From: a virus | Lineage: Duplodnaviria > Caudoviricetes | Virus record (IMG/VR): IMGVR_UViG_3300015610_000633 | Location: 9,700-73,699 of that record | Reading direction: 5' to 3' (one strand) | DNA length: 64,000 nucleotides | Shown here: positions 58,518-64,000 of the stretch, piece after piece | Layout of the letters: the number at the start of each line of letters is the position of its first letter | Position numbering within the stretch: the first letter of the stretch is position 1 | Position numbers and translations under genes: made by a program | The notes under the pieces: generated by a model | Seen by the model: the letters and a program-made list of their open reading frames with translations, nothing else | Databases searched by the model: none | What the model was told of the DNA's origin: nothing

Positions 58518-58549
58518 GCGTCGACACTAGCACGCATGGCACTAAGTCA

Positions 58550-58816
58550 TCATTTTTTGATTTGAGTAACACGCGACACTTCGAACGGTGGCCATGTTTC
58601 TTCTACGTATACCGGGTTGGACGCATCGGGTTCACGTATAGCCCAACCACCTTCAATCTCTTGCGATTCTACGGGTGCAGGTGGTTCAGGTTCTTCGGCG
58701 TTGAAGTCAGCGATCGCTGCTGTCTGCTCATGCAACCACAACCCAACACGTGGCCACAACTCAAGCAATGGGTGAGCGACCACATTATGCACAAACCGAG
58801 CAAGGCGCGCGATCAT
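58550..58816 (-). CDS. Hypothetical protein
   Basis: FVHNVVAHPLLELWP...WLHEQTA, a small phage-type ORF. Confidence 0.6.
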   Translation of the reverse strand: MIARLARFVHNVVAHPLLELWPRVGLWLHEQTAAIADFNAEEPEPPAPVESQEIEGGWAIREPDASNPVYVEETWPPFEVSRVTQIKK

Positions 58817-59286
58817 GATGAACTGATATCCACGCCATAGGTGAAGTGATACAACCCGTTCACTTGCGACAATGCCGCGACCTTCACATCAAGACATAGC
58901 TCGATTGCACCCACTGAGTACGTACCGTCATCGAGTGACTTACGAGTAACAGAAGGTTCAAGAACCGAAGCAAGATCTGACCATGTGAAGATCCCGTTCT
59001 TCAAGGTCAACGTTGATGCATTCAACTTGAACCATGAACCGATCGAATCCTCCCAAAAATACAGATCCGCGCTGACATCGGGTGCCGTACCAATCCCTTC
59101 GTACTTGTACCCGATCACTGTTCGTGTACCTGGCCACCCTTGCGCGTTGTAGGGGCGGCTACTCACTTGTCGCGCTTCGTTCTTGGAAGGTGCCGTTGTT
59201 GGTGGTGTGAATGTAGCGGGCAACGCTACGGTAACTTCACCGCTAGGTGAACCGACGTAATGACTGAACTTAGTAGGGAAGCGCAT
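58813..59286 (-). CDS. Hypothetical protein
   Basis: 157-aa coupled ORF. Confidence 0.6.
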   Translation of the reverse strand: MRFPTKFSHYVGSPSGEVTVALPATFTPPTTAPSKNEARQVSSRPYNAQGWPGTRTVIGYKYEGIGTAPDVSADLYFWEDSIGSWFKLNASTLTLKNGIFTWSDLASVLEPSVTRKSLDDGTYSVGAIELCLDVKVAALSQVNGLYHFTYGVDISSS

Positions 59287-59292
59287 TTGTTT

Positions 59293-59829
59293 TCACCGTG
59301 CCGATTGAGAAACCGCGAACCATTCCACTGTACAATCCTCACCCTTCGCATACAAACTCAAGCCTACAAATTGGTCACTAAGCATTGACACATTGCATTC
59401 GCTACCAACAACCGCGTAAGATTGCGTGGGATCAAGATCACTAAGGTTGATCATGTCGCTAGGCCCCAACCCGATCCCCGATGTGCCCACCTGACTTGAA
59501 TCGCTAGCTATGCGCAAGAACCCGTTGCATTGAACACCCGCGGTAAGCTTCAACCCAGCGCGCCAAGTCAACTTACTTTCACCGCTACCTACCGAGAGCA
59601 ACAAGGGGCAAATCATGCGAGGGGATACGGCATCGAGTACCCAACCCGAACCAAAGAACTTGAGAGCGTAACCACCTGCACCGTTGCGCCTTAGTTGCTC
59701 GACACTAATAGGCATTGAAACAACGCCTTGTGTTTGAAGCATGCGTGCCGATGTTGAAGGCAACAACGAACCCGGCTTTACTTTGCCGTTCGCGTCGAAG
59801 ACTACAACATGTGAAATAACCTCGTTCAT
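59293..59829 (-). CDS. Hypothetical protein
   Basis: Start MNEVISH at 59829, coupled to the upstream stop. Confidence 0.6.
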   Translation of the reverse strand: MNEVISHVVVFDANGKVKPGSLLPSTSARMLQTQGVVSMPISVEQLRRNGAGGYALKFFGSGWVLDAVSPRMICPLLLSVGSGESKLTWRAGLKLTAGVQCNGFLRIASDSSQVGTSGIGLGPSDMINLSDLDPTQSYAVVGSECNVSMLSDQFVGLSLYAKGEDCTVEWFAVSQSAR

Positions 59830-60557
59830 TTTCGATCTCCGTTTCTGAGTGCTGTCATTTTTATCGTGTACACATTGCACAATGCTTGTGTGTACACGAT
59901 CGGTTCAACCGAACCGTTTGATCGCTTGAAGTTGCTGATTTCGATTCGCGCTTTTCTTATTGCACCGATCAACCTGTTTTGCAGGTTCGAAAGTGAATCG
60001 GGTGTCAACCTGTAATGTTTGATCAAGTTACACAACCCGATCGGATCTTCACGCTCGATTGTATCCCATAGTTTCGCGGTCGAACCGTACATACGCCGCA
60101 ACATATACACGAAGTCAATGCACCCATCGACCGACGAATCAAACGCGGGTCGCTTAGTCATTGCGTGAGGCGGTTCAAACCACGTTTGATACTTTAGGCC
60201 GTTCGTTGTTAGCTTCGCAGTACCCGGCCCGTTGTCTTGTGAAACTAGATCGCCCCCTTCTTTGGAACGAAACGAACGGATCTGCTCTTTCGTCAACCAT
60301 TGACAACTCACAACCGACGTCCACTTGAACCACACATTGGCATCAAGTGTTAGTTGCGAATAGTTGAAGTTGTAAAGCTCCGTTGTACCCCAACGCGTAG
60401 CCAACCCCCACAACGCAAGAAGCAACGCCGAAGGCGGTTGTGCTTTCTCCCCTAGTGCAGTCCACGCTAGGTCTAGTTCTTTCGATACTACCCCGATCGT
60501 TAGATCGGTAACGCGGTGTTGTGGCAAGTAATCGGGTGATGTTCGGTCTAGCAGCAT
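59826..60557 (-). CDS. Hypothetical protein, possibly a degenerate glucosaminidase/lysozyme-like fold
   Basis: LALWGLATRWG...YNFNYSQL loosely resembles the AQ..LE.GWG...NN.FG motif but lacks the catalytic Glu. Confidence 0.45.
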   Translation of the reverse strand: MLLDRTSPDYLPQHRVTDLTIGVVSKELDLAWTALGEKAQPPSALLLALWGLATRWGTTELYNFNYSQLTLDANVWFKWTSVVSCQWLTKEQIRSFRSKEGGDLVSQDNGPGTAKLTTNGLKYQTWFEPPHAMTKRPAFDSSVDGCIDFVYMLRRMYGSTAKLWDTIEREDPIGLCNLIKHYRLTPDSLSNLQNRLIGAIRKARIEISNFKRSNGSVEPIVYTQALCNVYTIKMTALRNGDRK

Positions 60558-61095
60558 GATCGCGCTCCTCTAGTGCGCTCATTATGCCGCTCATGTCGAA
60601 CAGTTCGACCCCGTGTTGATCACAATATTCGCGAACACGTGGATCGGGGTTGTACAAGTCAATGAAGTACACACCGCGAACACCGAAAGAAACCATCGTT
60701 TTCAAGCAATGCCAACAAGGGTATGTGTTCGTGAATACTGCCAACGGTTTCTTGTAGGCTTTACTCCAATCGATATTTGCAAGGGCGTTGATTTCAGCGT
60801 GAACCGTTCGAACGCAGTTTGAGCGTTGAACCGTCATACCATCAACCACCACTTGCGAGGTAACCAGATCACAACCCACTTCTTGGCACCCACACGCCCC
60901 GTGAAGCGATCGATTGCTACCCTCCCCCACCACATGCCACCCGCCGTCAATCTTGCACACTACGACCGCCCCTACTTGCTTGCGAGGGCATGACCCGGCT
61001 AGCGATACAGCACGCGCAGCCATCATCAGGTTCACAGCGCCAAAGAGTGTTTCACCCATAAACTTGACCATTGTTTCAATCTCTCCGGTTGTCAT
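60343..61095 (-). CDS. dCMP deaminase-like Zn-dependent deaminase (would end at TTA 60529-60531)
   Basis: SCPRKQVGAVVV, HAEINAL, PCWHC; start MTTGEIE at 61095. Confidence 0.92.
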   Translation of the reverse strand: MTTGEIETMVKFMGETLFGAVNLMMAARAVSLAGSCPRKQVGAVVVCKIDGGWHVVGEGSNRSLHGACGCQEVGCDLVTSQVVVDGMTVQRSNCVRTVHAEINALANIDWSKAYKKPLAVFTNTYPCWHCLKTMVSFGVRGVYFIDLYNPDPRVREYCDQHGVELFDMSGIMSALEERDHAARPNITRLLATTPRYRSNDRGSIERTRPSVDCTRGESTTAFGVASCVVGVGYALGYNGALQLQLFATNT

Positions 61096-61365
61096 GATCC
61101 ACCCATTTGCTCGTACACATGAACAACAACGGCCCAAGGTTCCGAGTAGTTAGACCATTGTTTGCGTACTTCGGCTTTAGCACGTTCCCATGTGCTTTCA
61201 TCTTTTCACCCACGAAGGCGGGTTATCATCACGCGGGTAACCTTTGGGATCTTTCATAACCCAAGCTTGTTGGGCAGGGGATAGATCCGTGGCTTTCTTG
61301 TCGAAGTAGTCGGGGGATGCGTTGAATGTTTCTTTCACCCAACTTGCGAGCTTTGAATCGGCCAT
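61092..61365 (-). pseudogene. Small protein gene interrupted by one extra base (frameshift)
   Basis: Frame 1 reads ...NPPSWVK(R stop). Removing one A of GTGAAAAGATGA gives DESTWERAKAEVRKQWSNYSEPWAVVVHVYEQMGGS* and a TGA overlapping the next ATG. Confidence 0.6.
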
Positions 61366-61392
61366 GTGTCGAGTATAGCCGAACACTAACTC

Positions 61393-61412
61393 ACGTCTAC
61401 CCGGTTAGACGT
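61393..61412. repeat. Quasi-palindrome, copy 14
   Basis: ACGTCTACCCGGTTAGACGT. Confidence 0.95.
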
Positions 61413-63001
61413 CAAACCGCTTGAACGCTTGAACCGGTGCCTTGCTTCTGCACCGTGTTACTAAACGGCGAGCCTGTAAGTTCAGCCCATGTCTTGCACG
61501 AAGCCGAAGCAGGTACAGCAAGTTCACCACCCGCTAGTGGTGGTACATGGCTTGTTGCGCCGTCAATGATGAAATCTTGTGTTGAACCTGCGATGTATTG
61601 CCCCGCGGCATCAATAACAAGCTTTGAACCCGTGTTGATTGCAAACACGCTCTCAACACCTGCACCCGAGAACACACCCGCGGAACAATCAACCATGTGC
61701 ATCTTGTTCGCAGTGTATAGCGAACCGGTGATCGCCTTGCCCCAAATGTTATTTGTAAGGGTTGTGTAACCGCCTGCAAACAACAGGTTACCCGTCGTAA
61801 CCATGCCGTCAATGTTCCAAGTTGCACCGATTGAATCAACGCCTTGCAACACTGAACTAACAATATCCACCTTCACAGGTGCGTACACGTTCAGTTGCTC
61901 AACGTAACAGTGTTGAAAAGAAGGGCTACCTTCAACAACTTCGGCTTCGGTGAAGTAACAACAAACGAAGCGCGCACCTTTGCCAATATGTAGCGCGCTC
62001 ACGAATGCAAAGTACTTGCACACAACTTGCCCTTCACCGTGCATGTGAAGCGTAACCCCCGCACTATCAGTCAACCCCTTTTCAAGTACCGATGTTGTAG
62101 CGGTTGGGGTAGCAACCGGGGTAACAGCAGCGGGATCAAACCACTCTTTGACGAACAGATCATTGGTTGCTTGTGAAGCCCCCCACGTCATCGTGTTAGC
62201 GTCTTTCGCAAACAACGAACCGACGAACGAACTCCAATCAATCGCTTTAGTGATCTTGAACATGGTGTTAGTTGCCGCAACACCATCAGCGATCGTTACT
62301 GCGCTCTTCGTGGATACAGTTCGCAATGAGCCAAGAATGTTCAACACGGCGCCAGCATACGGAGCATAAACCGAACCAACGATCTCTTCAGTCCACTCGT
62401 TAGAACCATCGGGATCGGGCACAAGATTGATCGTTGTACCATCTTTGAAGTGCCCGCCCGTTCGCGTTAGCCATTCTTTGAACGTGGCCAACGGTGAGCT
62501 AACCGAACCGGTGCCTTCATCATCACCGAGTGCTGAAATATACCAAGTGGTTTGATCCAACGCGACAAGAGAACAACCCGGTACGGTTTCAAACATACCC
62601 GTTGAATCGGTATCGGCAAAGCACACATAACCATCGACAGTTGCAGTGCTTGCGAGTACCCATGTGAAATATCGATCAAGGGTTTTCACATAACATAGTT
62701 GATAATCTTTCAACGTCTTCGCACCGGCTTTAGCTAGTGCGACCGTATCAAACACCACAACTTCGTTTTTCAACCCTGCAAGCTCATAACCTCGAAGTTC
62801 TGCAGAAGGTGCGTTACCTTGTGAAGCCCTCGCTTGCGCCACTTGAATCTCTTTCGGGATCGTTCCTGTGTATGATGAAAGTTCACAACCGTCATTGACC
62901 AGTTGTGTGATGTTGAAGTGATCGCTTGAGATTACTTTACCCGCTCGCCACGTTGAGCCAAGGTAAACGTAATCGCTTAGAAGCAGGTACTTGGTTGCCA
63001 T
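61412..63001 (-). CDS. Tailspike/fibre-like virion protein with beta-helix-type body
   Basis: N-terminal VFDTVALAK...YVKTLDRYFTW segment resembles tailspike N-terminal domains; GDDEGTGSVSSPLATF motif; repetitive beta strands. Confidence 0.6.
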   Translation of the reverse strand: MATKYLLLSDYVYLGSTWRAGKVISSDHFNITQLVNDGCELSSYTGTIPKEIQVAQARASQGNAPSAELRGYELAGLKNEVVVFDTVALAKAGAKTLKDYQLCYVKTLDRYFTWVLASTATVDGYVCFADTDSTGMFETVPGCSLVALDQTTWYISALGDDEGTGSVSSPLATFKEWLTRTGGHFKDGTTINLVPDPDGSNEWTEEIVGSVYAPYAGAVLNILGSLRTVSTKSAVTIADGVAATNTMFKITKAIDWSSFVGSLFAKDANTMTWGASQATNDLFVKEWFDPAAVTPVATPTATTSVLEKGLTDSAGVTLHMHGEGQVVCKYFAFVSALHIGKGARFVCCYFTEAEVVEGSPSFQHCYVEQLNVYAPVKVDIVSSVLQGVDSIGATWNIDGMVTTGNLLFAGGYTTLTNNIWGKAITGSLYTANKMHMVDCSAGVFSGAGVESVFAINTGSKLVIDAAGQYIAGSTQDFIIDGATSHVPPLAGGELAVPASASCKTWAELTGSPFSNTVQKQGTGSSVQAV

Positions 63002-63016
63002 TCGACAACGCTAGCA

Positions 63017-63190
63017 CTAGCGACGAACACAACCAAAAACACGCGTGTATAACCAGCCTTCGGCACCCATGCGTGAAGCGATGTCTTCGTAACGGTTTGT
63101 TCGCATTGGTTTAGCTTCGCAGAACAACACGCGTTCACGTTTAGCGATCAATCGTTTCAAGGTTTCGTAATAGTCGATTGTTGAAAACAT
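63017..63190 (-). CDS. Possible small ORF (57 aa; TTA at 63050-63052)
   Basis: MFSTIDYYETLKRLIAKRERV...; fills the intergenic gap; below the ORF track threshold. Confidence 0.35.
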   Translation of the reverse strand: MFSTIDYYETLKRLIAKRERVLFCEAKPMRTNRYEDIASRMGAEGWLYTRVFGCVRR

Positions 63191-63218
63191 CGGGGGATCT
63201 TGCTCAACCCCCCCCCCT

Positions 63219-63238
63219 ACGTCTACCCGGTTAGACGT
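63219..63238. repeat. Quasi-palindrome, copy 15
   Basis: ACGTCTACCCGGTTAGACGT. Confidence 0.95.
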
Positions 63239-63906
63239 AACGCCGCAACGGGTACAGTTGTCTCACCGGTAGCGGTAACAAGCTTAGCGCCAGCAAATGC
63301 GGTAACGATCGAAGCCCATAGCCCTTTGCGGGCACCAACTGGCACAACCCAAACTTTGGTTGCACCGTCAAACCAAGCACGGCAGTTGTTAGCGCGTACG
63401 GCTTGATTGAATGCAGGGCTATATGGCGCCTTCACCTTGTAGCTATCACCTTCGCGGGTGACGCTTAGAACGGGTATTGCAGGGGCATTCACAACACCCA
63501 TGTTGGCAAGGCGCAACGCCTTCCCGGCTTGCTTTTCGATCTTGTTCGCAAGCTTCACGAAGCCGAGCATACGAAGCGCCACAACGAAGGGGCCTCGCGA
63601 TCCCTTGTACGAAGTCGCGGCATGGTGAACGAGCACGTTCGCGATCTTCTTCACATCGATCGATTGCTCGGCTTCAAGGTCGTTCAACGCCTTGATGTTC
63701 ATCGGATGAACAGCAGACCAAAAAGCAACCCAATCGATCACGAGTGTTTCTGCGATGAAGCCGTAACCATATGTTTGACGGCAATCGGGGCCGATGCCCA
63801 ACTCAACGCTAACCGCGTCGGTTAGCTTGCGACCGCAACACACACAGCGTGTTGCTACGAGTTCACATGCGGGTGAGGCTTCGTGATTTGATTGGGTGGT
63901 GGTCAT
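63223..63906 (-). CDS. DUF6011-like Zn-finger protein with C-terminal HARP-like segment (would end at TTA 63238-63240)
   Basis: CVCCGRKLTDAVSVELGIGPDC; KVKAPYSPAF...FDGATKVWVVP. Confidence 0.75.
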   Translation of the reverse strand: MTTTQSNHEASPACELVATRCVCCGRKLTDAVSVELGIGPDCRQTYGYGFIAETLVIDWVAFWSAVHPMNIKALNDLEAEQSIDVKKIANVLVHHAATSYKGSRGPFVVALRMLGFVKLANKIEKQAGKALRLANMGVVNAPAIPVLSVTREGDSYKVKAPYSPAFNQAVRANNCRAWFDGATKVWVVPVGARKGLWASIVTAFAGAKLVTATGETTVPVAALRLTG

Positions 63907-63948
63907 TGTTCTTGTCTCTTTCTTTCTCGGTCCGCGTTGGATGTCCAA

Positions 63949-63990
63949 GTTATGCGTTCTTTTTGACCTACCGTCAAGATCTTTTTTCAA
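63949..63990 (-). promoter_or_regulatory. Sigma70-like promoter, twin of the 12758-12800 promoter
   Basis: AAAAAAGATC-TTGACG(63977-63972)-17 nt-CATAAC(63954-63949). Confidence 0.75.
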
Positions 63991-64000
63991 CGGTAGGTCG

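Noticed and set aside
60343-61095. The deaminase as an RNA editor that creates stops from UUA
   Set aside because: Deamination (C to U, A to I) cannot convert UUA into UAA, UAG or UGA, and the motifs fit an ordinary dCMP deaminase
4032-63238. Palindrome copies as a CRISPR array or integron attC series
   Set aside because: Copies are 1.6-7.6 kb apart, flank multi-gene blocks including core genes, and no cas, integrase or transposase gene was recognised
54-63825. Numerous plus-strand ORFs in the six-frame track
   Set aside because: They lie antisense to well-supported minus-strand genes and show no motifs; treated as shadow ORFs. Only 23581..24261 is kept.
16462-63990. N-terminal extensions in the ORF track (for example MVHVYPVRR, MVDVYPVRR, MTSTRLDV, MTFTRLDV, MKKDLDG)
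   Set aside because: They are translations of palindrome or promoter DNA; better starts with RBS or leaderless spacing lie downstream
1-64000. TTA avoidance explained by maintaining antisense ORFs (narnavirus-like)
   Set aside because: That model requires avoiding CTA and TCA as well, and both are frequent in-frame here
1-64000. Stop-to-sense recoding (TAG to Gln or TGA to Trp) as in crAss-like or Lak phages
   Set aside because: Large conserved genes are intact under the standard code and TAA, TAG and TGA all occur at natural gene ends
1-64000. tRNA, tmRNA, release-factor, terminase or integrase genes
   Set aside because: None recognised by eye. They may lie outside the window; tRNAscan-SE and HMM searches are needed before claiming absence.

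Overview
This window is a 64-kb segment of a tailed dsDNA phage with a contractile tail (myovirus type). It is almost fully coding and nearly all genes are on the minus strand. The left part (1-26.2 kb) holds replication, recombination and nucleotide genes: SbcCD-like nuclease, RecA, SSB-like protein, family B polymerase, sigma factor, UvrD, DnaG, DnaB, SF2 helicase, methyltransferase-SNF2 fusion, dNMP kinase and class II RNR. A putative origin at ~23.25-23.58 kb sits next to the only plus-strand gene. The right part (26.2-64 kb) holds baseplate, fibre, tape measure, tube, sheath, neck, capsid, scaffold, head morphogenesis and portal genes. No terminase, integrase, tRNA or CRISPR array was recognised. 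Two unusual signals dominate. (1) A manual frame-by-frame scan found no in-frame TTA (Leu) codon inside gene bodies, but 15 genes have one at or near their 3' end (one of these splits an apparently fused ORF), often exactly where a stop would be expected. This suggests UUA acts as a fourth stop codon or an unassigned terminating codon. (2) A 20-bp quasi-palindrome, ACGTCTA(ACCGGG/CCCGGT)TAGACGT, occurs 15 times, mostly at gene junctions and promoters. Also seen: a recurring GCTGCAT(A/T)AT promoter-like motif, probable leaderless genes, strong depletion of TTAA and AATT, and a PolB with a host clamp-binding-like motif and DnaE-like tail. All counts are by eye and need computational confirmation; protein calls come from motif recognition, not database searches.
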